Shown here: positions 27,673 to 37,277 of the stretch, one piece after another
Numbering within the stretch: the first letter of the stretch is position 1
Layout: every line of letters begins with the position of its first letter
Origin: Elusimicrobia bacterium GWB2_63_22
GTDB taxonomy: Bacteria > Elusimicrobiota > Elusimicrobia > Elusimicrobiales > UBA9959
Direction: 5' to 3'
DNA length: 64,000 nt
Assembly: GCA_001799735.1 (NCBI GenBank)
Contig: MGUA01000006.1
Location: forward strand, 13,733 to 77,732
Notes under the pieces: generated by a model
Databases searched by the model: none
Told to the model about the DNA's origin: nothing
Seen by the model: only the letters and a program-made list of their open reading frames with translations
Made by a program: the position numbers and the translations under genes

Positions 27673-29769
27673 TTAGAAGCCGCTCCAGCTGGCTTTTTCT
27701 TCGGCTTCGGTGCGGCATTTCACATTAGAGAAGACGCCGAGCGGGGCCTCCACGAACAGCGGCCGCCGGGTGAAGGCCGTAACCTCTTTAGGGTCTATGC
27801 CCTCGCTCCTGAAAATATTCAGCAGCATGGTAGAGCAGGTCTTGGAACCGCAGGCGCCCATGCCGGCGCGCGTGACCGCCTTCAGCTGGTTCAGGTCGCG
27901 CATGCCGGAGCGGATAGCCCGGCGGATCTCGCCCAGGCTCACCCGCTCGCAGCGGCAGATCACCGTTTCGTCTTCAGCCTTGGCCAGGTCGGCGGGAGAT
28001 TTAACGCCGGCCTCGGCCTCGAAGAGCCGCAGAGAGGCGGCCAGGTCGGCCACCTCCGGGGTCGTCTTCACGATAACTATCAGCGTGTTCTCGGCCTTGA
28101 AATCCTTAACGTCCACCACCTCGGCCTCGCCGAGGTCGGCGCCTTCCCAGCCGGTCAGGCGGACGTTGTCTCCCTTTTTAACCAGGCCGCGGCCTATCTC
28201 GAAGGGCAGCGCCACGGTAGGGTTGGCCTTATCTTTGCGGTAGTCCACTATGGTCACCGCGAGCCCGGGGCAGATCAGCAGGCATTTGAAGCAGCCGATG
28301 CAGTCGCCGGAGAACTTGGGCGTATTCATGATGCTCTCGCCGGAGAGCTTTATGGATTTCTTGGGGCAGACCGTCACGCAGGGGTTGCAGGGGATCTCCT
28401 GGCGGCAATGCAGCACCGGGTACACCGGCTTATCGTGGTCCTTGACGGCCGGGGCCTTGGTGACGCCGGGGCGTGACTTGAGCACCTCCAGCCGGTCGAA
28501 CCAGAACTCCGGCACGGGGGCCGCCATCACGCCGAGGGACTTGAGCACCTTGTGCGCGGTGATCTTGCCGCTGAACATGGCGGCCGAGGCCTCGGCTATC
28601 TCTTCGGCGTCGCCGCAGACGAAGGCGGCCATGCCGGCCTCCCGCGCCTGGGCGTGGAACTCGTCCACCGAGCTCAGGCCCACCGCTATCAGCATGGTGT
28701 CGGCCTTAAAGGTCTTCTCGGTGCCGGGCAGGACTTTGAATTTTTCATCCACGGCGGCGATCGTCACGGTCTCCAGCTGCTCGCCGCCGTCGGCGCGCAG
28801 GATGGTGTGGCGGGTGTACACCGGCACGCCGAGGCGCCGGATCTTGTCCTCGTGCACTTTATAGCCGCCGCAGCGCTCCTGGGCCTCTATCAGCCCGACC
28901 ACCTGGATGCCGGCCTGCAGGGCGTGGTAGGCCGCTATCAGCCCGACGTTGCCGCCGCCCACGATGAACAGCCTTTTGGCGGGGCGCACCAGGTCGCGGT
29001 TGACCAGGGTCTGAAAGGCGCCGGCGCCGTAGACGCCGGGCAGGGTATTGCCGGGGAAAGCCAGGGATTTTTCGCGGGCGCCGGTGGCGCTGATCACGGC
29101 CTTGGGGCGGATGAGGTAATATTTGTCGCCGCGCAGCACGCCCACTTTCTTATCCGAGAAAACGGCCAGGCAGGTGGCGTCCCGCCAGGCCTTTACCGAC
29201 GGGTACTCCTTGAGCTGGTCTTCCAGCTTCTCGGCGATGTCTATGCCGCGGGTCCCGGCGTAGCAGTCCTCCACCGAGCCGAAAAATTTATGAGTCTGCA
29301 GCACCAGCTTGCCGCCGAAGCGGTTCTTGTCGTCTATGATCAGGGTGCTGACGTTGAGCTTGCCCAGCTCCGCCGCGGCCGCCAGGCCGGAAGGCCCGCC
29401 GCCGATTATCAGGGCGTCCACGTCGAGCTCTTCCACGCGGCCGAACTCCTGCACGCAGGCCGTCAGCGGCAGGCGGGCGGTGCCGCGCAGGGTCTCCACC
29501 TTCATGCCCTCGCGCACCTGGGTCACGCAGGACTTCACCGTCAGCCCGTCGGCTATCACGGAACACTGGGCGCACTGGCCGTTGGCGCAGAAGATGCCCT
29601 GCGGGCCGGAGTCTTTTTTGTGATGGCTGAAAATTTTTATGCCGTTGGCGAACAGGGCGCTGGAGATGACCTCGCCCTCCAGGGCGGAGCACTCTTTGCC
29701 GTCAAAAGTGAATTTAACCGCCGCGCGCTCGGCCGGCTGCAGAACGGGATGTTCCTGTATTCTTTCCAT
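27673..29769 (-). CDS. Multidomain oxidoreductase: Fer2-like + pyridine nucleotide-disulfide + 2x[4Fe-4S] + BFD-like (sarcosine oxidase alpha / PDH-like)
   Basis: FCANGQCAQC, IIGGGPSG, VGGGNVG, CNPCVTVCP, CIGCFKCLLICPG, CRCERV...GMGACGSKTC. Confidence 0.85.
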   Translation of the reverse strand: MERIQEHPVLQPAERAAVKFTFDGKECSALEGEVISSALFANGIKIFSHHKKDSGPQGIFCANGQCAQCSVIADGLTVKSCVTQVREGMKVETLRGTARLPLTACVQEFGRVEELDVDALIIGGGPSGLAAAAELGKLNVSTLIIDDKNRFGGKLVLQTHKFFGSVEDCYAGTRGIDIAEKLEDQLKEYPSVKAWRDATCLAVFSDKKVGVLRGDKYYLIRPKAVISATGAREKSLAFPGNTLPGVYGAGAFQTLVNRDLVRPAKRLFIVGGGNVGLIAAYHALQAGIQVVGLIEAQERCGGYKVHEDKIRRLGVPVYTRHTILRADGGEQLETVTIAAVDEKFKVLPGTEKTFKADTMLIAVGLSSVDEFHAQAREAGMAAFVCGDAEEIAEASAAMFSGKITAHKVLKSLGVMAAPVPEFWFDRLEVLKSRPGVTKAPAVKDHDKPVYPVLHCRQEIPCNPCVTVCPKKSIKLSGESIMNTPKFSGDCIGCFKCLLICPGLAVTIVDYRKDKANPTVALPFEIGRGLVKKGDNVRLTGWEGADLGEAEVVDVKDFKAENTLIVIVKTTPEVADLAASLRLFEAEAGVKSPADLAKAEDETVICRCERVSLGEIRRAIRSGMRDLNQLKAVTRAGMGACGSKTCSTMLLNIFRSEGIDPKEVTAFTRRPLFVEAPLGVFSNVKCRTEAEEKASWSGF

Positions 29770-29833
29770 GGTTCCTCTTGTGTTTTGTGCCGAAAGGTGC
29801 CGTACGATTTATATAGTACAATAAAAAAACCCT

Positions 29834-32317
29834 ATGGCAAAAAACGCCCAAAGGGCCGCCCTGGCGACGGCCGTACTCATCGGGGCGGCCGCGCTGGCAG
29901 CGGCCGCCTGGCAGTTCGCCTCGCCCGGCCAGGACCTGGCCTTTAACCTGGGCCTCTACGCGGACCGGGGCGAAATGCTGCTGCACGGAGTGAGGAGCCG
30001 CGCTGTCACCTGGACCATGCCGCTCGTCAGCCTGCTCTGGGCCGCCCGCCAGCACCTCGACATAGATCCCTCCCTGCCGGCCCGGTTGGCCGGGCTGCTG
30101 TCCGCCCTGGCCGCTTTCGGGCTCGGCGCGCGGGGCGGCGGGCCGGCGCGGGGCGCCCTTTTCGCACTGGCGGTCTCCGCCGCGGCCCTGGCCAGGACCG
30201 ACTCCGACACCGAACAGGAGATCTATTCGCTGGCCCTGCTGCTGTTCCTTGGTCTGGAACTGGCGCGCCAGCGGACCCGCACGCTGCTACCCGCCGCCCT
30301 CGCCGGAGGTGCGGCCGGCATAACCCTGCTCATCCGCACGCCGCTTTTCCTTTTCCCGCTCCTGTCCGCCGTTTACGCCTGGTCGAAAGAACAGACCGCG
30401 CGACGCTGGCTGCTGGGCTCGGCCGTCTTCCTGCTGTTTGCCTATTCGCCGCTGCTCCCCTGGGCCAGGCTGAACCACTCCCTCACCGGGAAAATAATAT
30501 TTTTGGAAGAAGAACGCCCGGTCAGCAACCTGATCACCGGCGCCCTGGGGCTCACCTTCACCATAGAAGGCGACGCGCGGGCCCTGGCCGGCCTCTCCAG
30601 GGACGAGAACGCCTTCCGCTGGGCCGCCCGCACCGTGGCGGAGAATCCCGGCCGCTACGCGGGAGCGGTGGCCCGACGGGCCTGGCACGTGTTCCTGATG
30701 TCGCCCTGGCTGTTCCTGCTGGCCGGCCTGGGGCTGCTGCTGGCCCGTTCGCCCGAGACCAGATTCCTCGCCCTCTTCTGCGCCTATTTCGTCTTCATGC
30801 ACTGCCTGCTGTCGATAGAGGAAAGATACTTCTACCCGCTGCGCTACGTGCTCGCCCTGCTAGGCGCGGCCGGGGCCTGGGAACTGCTTAAACGGGCCGG
30901 CCTGGCGCTGGCCGGCGGGAACAAGGACTTTTTCACCCGCCCGCTTTTCGCCGGGGCGGCGGCGCTGGCCGCGGCGGCGTTGGTAGTGATTTGGCGCTAC
31001 CCGGCCGTGGCACGCCCGCCTCTGATAGCCCTCACCCGCGAACTGGGGGAGCGGCCCGGCGAGGCCTGGCTCCTGAAACGCAGGGGGGAAGCGCTGTTCG
31101 CCCTGGGCCTGACCGGCTACGGGACGCAGGACCTGCGGCGCGCCTGCGCCGCCGGACGCGAGCCGGGCGCCTGCTGGCTGTACGACGCGCTCACCGGCCG
31201 GCCGGCCGAACCGCCGCAGCTCTTTGAGAGGTACGGCCTGCTGCTGGTGAAACTGGTCCGGGAGCTGGAGCTCGGCGACAGGGCGGCGGCGCGCGAAACC
31301 TTCCGCGCCGCCATGACGATCTGGCTTAAGGAGCGCAACCTGGTGCGCGGCGGCGGCCGGGACAAGGCGGAGCTCGCGCGGCTGATAGAAACCAATAAAA
31401 CTTTCTGGGATTCGGACCTGAGCGGCGCGCTGCTGTATTTCTCGCCGGAGGCCCGGCGCCGGGTGCTGGGCGTCATGCGCACCATGCCCGAGTTCTCCGC
31501 CGGCATCGGGCGGCTGGAGACCGCGGCCGCGGCGGCGCAGGGGCTGGACTATGACATGGCCCTGGCGATACTGCAGGAAACCCTTAAAGGCCCCGCAGGC
31601 CCGGCCGGCGCGACAGTCGGCCTTGGGCCGCAGGCCGCCGCGCTGACCCTTGCCCTCGAGACGGCAAGGGACAACGGGACCCTCGCCGACATGCTGCTGG
31701 GCTGCGGCCCGTCCATGACGGAAGTGGGAGAATTTTATGTCGCCCCCGCCGCCGCGGCAGGCAACCCCGCGCGGACGGGCTGCTTTACCCCGGCCATGCG
31801 CTGGTTGGTACGCAGGGACGCGGCCTCCGCCTCCGCGCTGGCGGCCGGGTCGGAAAAATTTCCGGGCTTCCTGGTAACGGCGGCGGCTGCCCTGCGGGCC
31901 GGCGGCAAGGCCGGGGAAGCCGACCTGCTGGCCGGGGCGGCGCAAAGGGCCGCCGGGAAACAGGGCAAGGGTTTAAAAGAACTCGCCCTGCTCTACCAGG
32001 ACATGGGCCGCTACACCGAGAGCCTGGCCATAGCGCGGGGCCTGCTGGCCGCCGCCCCGGCCGACCCGGAGCTCAATAACAGCATCGGCGTGCTGCTGCT
32101 CTTCCTCAAACGGGACGCCGAAGCCGAGCCGTTCTTCGTCAAGGCCGCCGGCGCACCGGCGGCGCCGGTTTCGGCCCAGCTGAACCTGGCCGCGCTCTAC
32201 GCCCGCCGGGGCGACAGGGAAGGCGCGATCAGGTACTACGCCCTGGCCGCCGCCAACCCCTCTCTGCCGGCGCCTCAGCGCGCCGCGGTCCTGGCCGCTG
32301 CGGCCGGCCGTTTTTGA
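29834..32317 (+). CDS. Polytopic membrane protein, GT-C/ArnT-like, with C-terminal TPRs
   Basis: Many TM segments, PWARLN, EERYFYPL, TPR-like C-terminus (AQLNLAALY). Confidence 0.65.
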   Translation: MAKNAQRAALATAVLIGAAALAAAAWQFASPGQDLAFNLGLYADRGEMLLHGVRSRAVTWTMPLVSLLWAARQHLDIDPSLPARLAGLLSALAAFGLGARGGGPARGALFALAVSAAALARTDSDTEQEIYSLALLLFLGLELARQRTRTLLPAALAGGAAGITLLIRTPLFLFPLLSAVYAWSKEQTARRWLLGSAVFLLFAYSPLLPWARLNHSLTGKIIFLEEERPVSNLITGALGLTFTIEGDARALAGLSRDENAFRWAARTVAENPGRYAGAVARRAWHVFLMSPWLFLLAGLGLLLARSPETRFLALFCAYFVFMHCLLSIEERYFYPLRYVLALLGAAGAWELLKRAGLALAGGNKDFFTRPLFAGAAALAAAALVVIWRYPAVARPPLIALTRELGERPGEAWLLKRRGEALFALGLTGYGTQDLRRACAAGREPGACWLYDALTGRPAEPPQLFERYGLLLVKLVRELELGDRAAARETFRAAMTIWLKERNLVRGGGRDKAELARLIETNKTFWDSDLSGALLYFSPEARRRVLGVMRTMPEFSAGIGRLETAAAAAQGLDYDMALAILQETLKGPAGPAGATVGLGPQAAALTLALETARDNGTLADMLLGCGPSMTEVGEFYVAPAAAAGNPARTGCFTPAMRWLVRRDAASASALAAGSEKFPGFLVTAAAALRAGGKAGEADLLAGAAQRAAGKQGKGLKELALLYQDMGRYTESLAIARGLLAAAPADPELNNSIGVLLLFLKRDAEAEPFFVKAAGAPAAPVSAQLNLAALYARRGDREGAIRYYALAAANPSLPAPQRAAVLAAAAGRF

Positions 32318-32343
32318 TATAATAAGGGGACATGGAGGGTACA

Positions 32344-32868
32344 ATGAAAAAACTTATTTTAGCCGCCGCCTGCGCGTTTTACGCCGGCAGCCTTTCCGCC
32401 GCCGGTTTCGAGCTTAACAGCGCCGGCCTGCTGGACCAGGTACTGGTCTCGGCCCCCGAGGTGAAGATCCCGGAGGCGCCCCAGCCCGAGAAGGCCGTAA
32501 CCCGCACCGGCCAGTACTACCAGGTCTCCGGCTACGTGAACCTCAACGGCAACGGCTGGATGCCCGGCAACGACGGCGGCTTCACCAGCGTGAACCTGAC
32601 CGGCTGGGCCACCTTCCGCGATTCTTCCGGCAAGGTCACCCGCAACAACACCTACGTCAACACCTCGGTTTCCCTGTGGGTGCGCCCCAACCAGCACGTC
32701 TTCCAGAGCGTCTACCCCAACCTTTACGTGCAGTTCTACAAGGATGGCCGGCTGGTCGGCTCCACCACCATGAACGGCAGCATCTCCGTCAGCGGCTGGC
32801 CGAGCTCCAACTACTTCAGCCTCAGCGGCTCCGGCTACCTCAGCGGCTCGATCTACGTGCAGGACTGA
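32344..32868 (+). CDS. Secreted beta-rich hypothetical protein
   Basis: TATAAT and SD GGAGG, signal peptide MKKLILAAA, strong C-ending codon bias, own terminator. Confidence 0.75.
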   Translation: MKKLILAAACAFYAGSLSAAGFELNSAGLLDQVLVSAPEVKIPEAPQPEKAVTRTGQYYQVSGYVNLNGNGWMPGNDGGFTSVNLTGWATFRDSSGKVTRNNTYVNTSVSLWVRPNQHVFQSVYPNLYVQFYKDGRLVGSTTMNGSISVSGWPSSNYFSLSGSGYLSGSIYVQD

Positions 32869-32889
32869 CCTGCCGCGGGAACGGTAAAG

Positions 32890-32914
32890 AGAGCGGCCCC
32901 AAGCCGCTCTTTTT
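32890..32914 (+). terminator. Intrinsic terminator
   Basis: AGAGCGGC-CCCAA-GCCGCTCT followed by a T-tract. Confidence 0.75.
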
Positions 32915-32930
32915 ATTTTAAAATATAGCT

Positions 32931-33836
32931 ATGAAGATACTGGAAGGCAAAACACTCTCCGCGGAGATCCTGGGCGCGCTGCCGGCCCGCATCGACGCGG
33001 TAAAAGGCCGGCTGGGCCGTCCGCCGGCGCTGGCCATAATAAACTACTTTGCTGACTCCCCTTCGGCCGTCTACGTGAAGCGCAAGATCGCCGCCTGCGA
33101 AAAACTGGGCATAACGGTGAAGCTGTTCGCTCCCAAGGCGGAAGAGGGCTATCCCGCCTTCAAGAAACTGCTGGCGGGGCTGGGCGCCGACCCGGCCTAC
33201 GACGCCATCATGCTGGAGCGGCCGCTGCCGGACGGCTTCGAGACGCTGGAGACCTGGGACGCCCTGCCGGCGGCCAAGGACGTGGACGGCCTCTCCTCGC
33301 TGAACATGGGCCGCCTGTTCATCGCCAAGAAATTTTCCGAGATAGAGGGCGGCGGCTACTTCGTGCCCTGCACCGCGCTGGCCGTGATCCGCCTGCTGCG
33401 CTTCCACGGCATCAACCCGGCCGGCCTGAATATCGCCGTAGCCGGGCGCTCCGCAGTGGTGGGCCGCCCGCTGGCGCATATGCTGACGGCGCTGGACGCC
33501 ACCGTGACGCTCTGCCATACCCGCACCAAGGATTCGGCCGCGGTCTTCCGGGGGGCAGACCTGGTGATCACGGCCATCGGCAAAGCCAAGTGGCTCAAGA
33601 AAGAGATGCTGCCGGCGGGCATGACGGTGATAGACGTGGGCACCAATTTCGACGAGAACGGGCGGATGTGCGGCGACGCCGACTTTAAGGACCTGGAGCA
33701 GACCGCCGGCGCGGTTTCGCCCGTACCCGGAGGGGTGGGCCCGGTGACCCTGGCCTGCCTGATAGAGGCCAGCGTGCGCGCCGCCGAACTGGCGCCGCCG
33801 GCCGAGGACAAGAAGGGAGAAATAATATTCACATGA
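32931..33836 (+). CDS. folD: Bifunctional methylenetetrahydrofolate dehydrogenase/cyclohydrolase
   Basis: KDVDG, PCT, GRSAVVGRP, DVGTN, PVPGGVGPVT. Confidence 0.93.
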   Translation: MKILEGKTLSAEILGALPARIDAVKGRLGRPPALAIINYFADSPSAVYVKRKIAACEKLGITVKLFAPKAEEGYPAFKKLLAGLGADPAYDAIMLERPLPDGFETLETWDALPAAKDVDGLSSLNMGRLFIAKKFSEIEGGGYFVPCTALAVIRLLRFHGINPAGLNIAVAGRSAVVGRPLAHMLTALDATVTLCHTRTKDSAAVFRGADLVITAIGKAKWLKKEMLPAGMTVIDVGTNFDENGRMCGDADFKDLEQTAGAVSPVPGGVGPVTLACLIEASVRAAELAPPAEDKKGEIIFT

Positions 33837-34267
33837 GCAAAAAACTGAAATTCATATTCCCGCTGCTGCTGGCCGCCGGCTTCTGCCTGCCTGCCCTCGC
33901 CCAGGACGAGGCCGCCCCGAAGGAAGACCCGGCCGCCGGCGCCCCCGCCGAAGCCCCGGCCAAACCCGCTCCCAAGAAACCGGCCCCCAAGAAAAAAGCC
34001 AAAAAAAAGAAGAAGGCGCCCCCGGTCTCCGAATACAAGTTCGACGCGGTGGAAAAGACCGAAACCTACAAGTTCGACAAGCGGGCCAACCCGATAGTCA
34101 AGGCGAAGAAAAAGAAAAAGGCGGCCAAGAAGGCGCCGGCCCCGAAAGGCGACAGCCTGGAGGAAAAATCCCTCCCGTCCACCAAACTTAAGCCCGCCAA
34201 GGCCATAGGGGAAGCGGAGCAGAAGGCCGCCGAGCAGGACGCCATGGGCCAGATGGGCGGGGAATGA
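33833..34267 (+). CDS. Exported Lys/Ala/Pro-rich hypothetical protein
   Basis: Signal peptide, poly-Lys runs, YKFD repeated twice; ATGA-coupled on both sides. Confidence 0.65.
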   Translation: MSKKLKFIFPLLLAAGFCLPALAQDEAAPKEDPAAGAPAEAPAKPAPKKPAPKKKAKKKKKAPPVSEYKFDAVEKTETYKFDKRANPIVKAKKKKKAAKKAPAPKGDSLEEKSLPSTKLKPAKAIGEAEQKAAEQDAMGQMGGE

Positions 34268-35013
34268 TTAAAGCCGCCCCGGAGTGGCATAAGAGTTTCT
34301 TTAAAAACTCTTTCTATAACCCCGCTTCGGAGACCGCCGTGGCCAAGGCCCCGGCGGAGGCGGCCTTCGTACTTAAACAGCTCAAACTGAAAAAAGGTTC
34401 GGCCCTGCTGGACCTGTGCTGCGGCCCGGGCCGCCACGCCGTGGAATTCGCCAGTCGGGGCCTGGCGGTGACCGGCTACGATTTCTCCCGCGAGTACCTC
34501 GCCGAGGCCGCCGCCCGCGCCCAAAAAAAGCGCGTGGCCCTGCGCCTGCTGCGCGGCGACATGCGGGAGCTGAAATTCTCCGGAGAATTCGACGCGGTGG
34601 TGAACATGTTCACCAGCTTCGGCTATTTCCCCAGGCTTTCCGACGATATCAAAACCCTGAAGGGGATAGCCCGCGCGCTCAAGCCCGGCGGCCTTTTCCT
34701 GATAGACGTGGTGAACGGGGATTTTATAATGAGCCGCTTCGTCCCCAGGGACTGGCACGACCTGGGCGACCATTACCTGCTGGAGACCCGCGAGCCCGAC
34801 AGGGACGGGATCTTCAACACCTGGGTGAAGATAGACAAACGCAGCGGCAGGATACAGGAGAAAACCTTCTTCAACCGCATCTACGGCCGGGCCACCCTGA
34901 CGGCCGCCCTGCGCCGCGCCGGCCTGAAACCGCTGAAGTTCTGGGGCGGGTTCCGCGGAGAGAAGCTTTCGGACGGCTCTATCCGCCTTATCTGCCTGGC
35001 AAAAAAGCTCTGA
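34264..35013 (+). CDS. Class I SAM-dependent methyltransferase
   Basis: LLDLCCGPGRH, GDMR, FDAVVNMFTSFGY, LKPGG. Confidence 0.9.
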   Translation: MIKAAPEWHKSFFKNSFYNPASETAVAKAPAEAAFVLKQLKLKKGSALLDLCCGPGRHAVEFASRGLAVTGYDFSREYLAEAAARAQKKRVALRLLRGDMRELKFSGEFDAVVNMFTSFGYFPRLSDDIKTLKGIARALKPGGLFLIDVVNGDFIMSRFVPRDWHDLGDHYLLETREPDRDGIFNTWVKIDKRSGRIQEKTFFNRIYGRATLTAALRRAGLKPLKFWGGFRGEKLSDGSIRLICLAKKL

Positions 35014-35022
35014 CCCGCCGGG

Positions 35023-35069
35023 CAAAGAAAAACCCCGCGCTCCGTAAAGGACCGCGGGGTTTCTTTTTT
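35023..35069. terminator. Bidirectional intrinsic terminator between convergent genes
   Basis: A-tract, ACCCCGCG..CGCGGGGT stem, T-tract. Confidence 0.7.
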
Positions 35070-35076
35070 ACGGCTC

Positions 35077-36132
35077 TTACCTGATCTCGAAAGACTCTAT
35101 GGTGCTGGTCTCGGCGCCGGAAGACAGCGGGCCGGAGCGGAAGAACTTGAGCGTTACCACGTATTTACCAGGCTTGGCGGGGCCGTCCATCAACTTCAGT
35201 TCGTAGGTGCCGGCCACGTCGAAGGCCTTCGTCACGTTGAACTTTACGAAGGAGTTGAGTAGCTGGTCGACGGGCGTGTTCTGGTCTATCTGCGGGATGT
35301 TCATGCCGTCGGCGGTGATGGTGATCTTCTCGCCGCGGAAGTAGTCCGCGCGGAGGTCGTTAAGCACCAGGCGCACGTCGCCCGCCGCGGTTACCCCGGC
35401 GAAGGACACAGAAAGCTCCTTGGAGTCGGGCTGGGCGGGCTTCTTGGCGCCGGGAGTCAGCGTGAAGATGGTGGCGCGCCGGAACAGGCCGTCGTCGTTG
35501 CGGGAAGAGACCGCGTAGTTATAGAGCATGCCGTTAGTATTGGCGTCCACGCTCTTCGGGCCCCTCATGCAGAGCTCCAGCCGCTCGGTCTCCCAGGACT
35601 CCAGCTGGCGCGGGCCGATATTCACGGTGACTTTGCGCTTATGGTAGTTGCTGGCGGGCCGGCAGGGGCCGGCGTAGCCGTGATTATAGGACAGGCACTC
35701 TTCGCCGTATTCCTCTATTATCATGTCCAGCGTCTGGCTGAGCGGGCTCTGCGCGTTGAACTGCATGGTGCGGCAGCTCTCGCGGTAGCCGCCGAAGTGG
35801 TACTGCGGCGTGGGCTGATTATGGTTGTCCCAGCCGGGATTATAGGGCGGGGGATAATGAGGCTGCGGCGGGTGGTGGGGCTGAGGGGGCGGCGGCGCCG
35901 GGGGATGGCCGGGGTTGTACGGGGGGTGGTGCGGCTGCGGGGACGGCGGGTGATGGCCGGGCTGGCCGGGGTGCTGAGGCTTGTTCCCGGCGAGGTCTGA
36001 AACGATGTCGAGCACGTCTATAAATGTGTCGAGACCGCTGGCTTTAGCGCTTTCGAGGCTGCCCTCGGCCGCGCGCGCCGCCGCGCTCAAAGAAAATAAC
36101 GCGGCGAAAACTATTGCTGCTTTCTTATTCAT
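35077..36132 (-). CDS. Secreted hypothetical protein with His/Pro-rich low-complexity segment
   Basis: Signal peptide MNKKAAIV; QHPGQPGHHPPSPQPHHPP...; four Cys in the mature region. Confidence 0.72.
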   Translation of the reverse strand: MNKKAAIVFAALFSLSAAARAAEGSLESAKASGLDTFIDVLDIVSDLAGNKPQHPGQPGHHPPSPQPHHPPYNPGHPPAPPPPQPHHPPQPHYPPPYNPGWDNHNQPTPQYHFGGYRESCRTMQFNAQSPLSQTLDMIIEEYGEECLSYNHGYAGPCRPASNYHKRKVTVNIGPRQLESWETERLELCMRGPKSVDANTNGMLYNYAVSSRNDDGLFRRATIFTLTPGAKKPAQPDSKELSVSFAGVTAAGDVRLVLNDLRADYFRGEKITITADGMNIPQIDQNTPVDQLLNSFVKFNVTKAFDVAGTYELKLMDGPAKPGKYVVTLKFFRSGPLSSGAETSTIESFEIR

Positions 36133-36258
36133 GTGCTTTTCCCTCCCATACACTGTCTAGGGAAATCATATTGAATAAAGGACCGGGCCAAATAGAAGCG
36201 ATAGGCCCAGAGGTGGGCCGTATTAGGACCCAGCTGGAAATAGGTATTAAAGGCAGGA

Positions 36259-37266
36259 CTACTGCGAGGCAAGCTGGCCGCAGGCGGCGGCTATGTCGGC
36301 GCCGCGCTCTACCCGCAGGTAGGTACGCACGCCGGCGTTGATCAGTTCAAGCTGGAATTCTTTAACGCGGGGCGTCTCGCCGCCGGGCCCGCCGGGAGGG
36401 TTGTAGGGGATCAGATTGACCCGGCAAGGGATGTCTCCCACCAGCCGGGCGAGCAGCGCGGCGTCCGAAGGCCGGTCGTTGACGCCTGGGAAAAGGATAT
36501 ATTCGAACATCACGAGCGCCTTCCGGATGCGGCAGTAGTCGCGCACGGCGGCCAGCACGCGCTTGAGCGGGTAGGTCTTCTCCATCGGGGCCAGCCGGGC
36601 GCGCTGCTCCTCGTCTGCGGCCACCACGGAGACGGCCAGCCGCACCCGCAGGTCGGAATAGGTGAGTTCTTCGATGACCGGGATGATGCCTACGGTGGAG
36701 ACGGTCATCTTGGCCTGTGGGAAATGGCGGCCGCGGCTGTCGGAAAGTATCCGTACGGCCTTCTGCACGTTCTCCCAGTTCAGGAAAGGTTCGCCCATGC
36801 CCATGAAGACCAGGCTGTTGAGCGTGCCGGCTTCTTTAAGGCAGGCCTCGAACTGGGCTATGATCTCGGCCGGGGTGAGCGAGCGCTTTAGCCCCAGCGC
36901 GCCGGTGGCGCAGAAGGTGCAGCCGCAGGCGCAGCCGGACTGGGAGGAGAGGCAGGCGATGACCCGGTCCTTGGCGGGCAGGACTACGCATTCGGCGGGG
37001 GCGTTCCCTTCGAAGCGGAAAAGCATTTTCTTTGTGCCGTCGCGCGAAGTCTGGAGGCGTTCCGGGAGGGGGAGGGGGGCGAGGAGAAAAGCGGGAGAGA
37101 GCGCCCGGCAGACGCGCTCCGGCAGGCCGGGCAGGGCGGCCAGGTCAGCGGCGCCTTTGCGGTGCACGGCCAGGAAGACGGCGGCCGCGTGGGAGGGCTT
37201 CTCGCCCAGCCCCGTCAGCGCCGTCTCCAGCTCCGTCCGCGTTAAATTTCTAATATCTGGTTTCAT
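36259..37266 (-). CDS. rlmN: 23S rRNA m2A2503 methyltransferase RlmN (radical SAM)
   Basis: CLSSQSGCACGCTFC, FMGMGEP, STVG, NLIPYN, AACGQL. Confidence 0.93.
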   Translation of the reverse strand: MKPDIRNLTRTELETALTGLGEKPSHAAAVFLAVHRKGAADLAALPGLPERVCRALSPAFLLAPLPLPERLQTSRDGTKKMLFRFEGNAPAECVVLPAKDRVIACLSSQSGCACGCTFCATGALGLKRSLTPAEIIAQFEACLKEAGTLNSLVFMGMGEPFLNWENVQKAVRILSDSRGRHFPQAKMTVSTVGIIPVIEELTYSDLRVRLAVSVVAADEEQRARLAPMEKTYPLKRVLAAVRDYCRIRKALVMFEYILFPGVNDRPSDAALLARLVGDIPCRVNLIPYNPPGGPGGETPRVKEFQLELINAGVRTYLRVERGADIAAACGQLASQ

Positions 37267-37277
37267 CTATAATCAGT

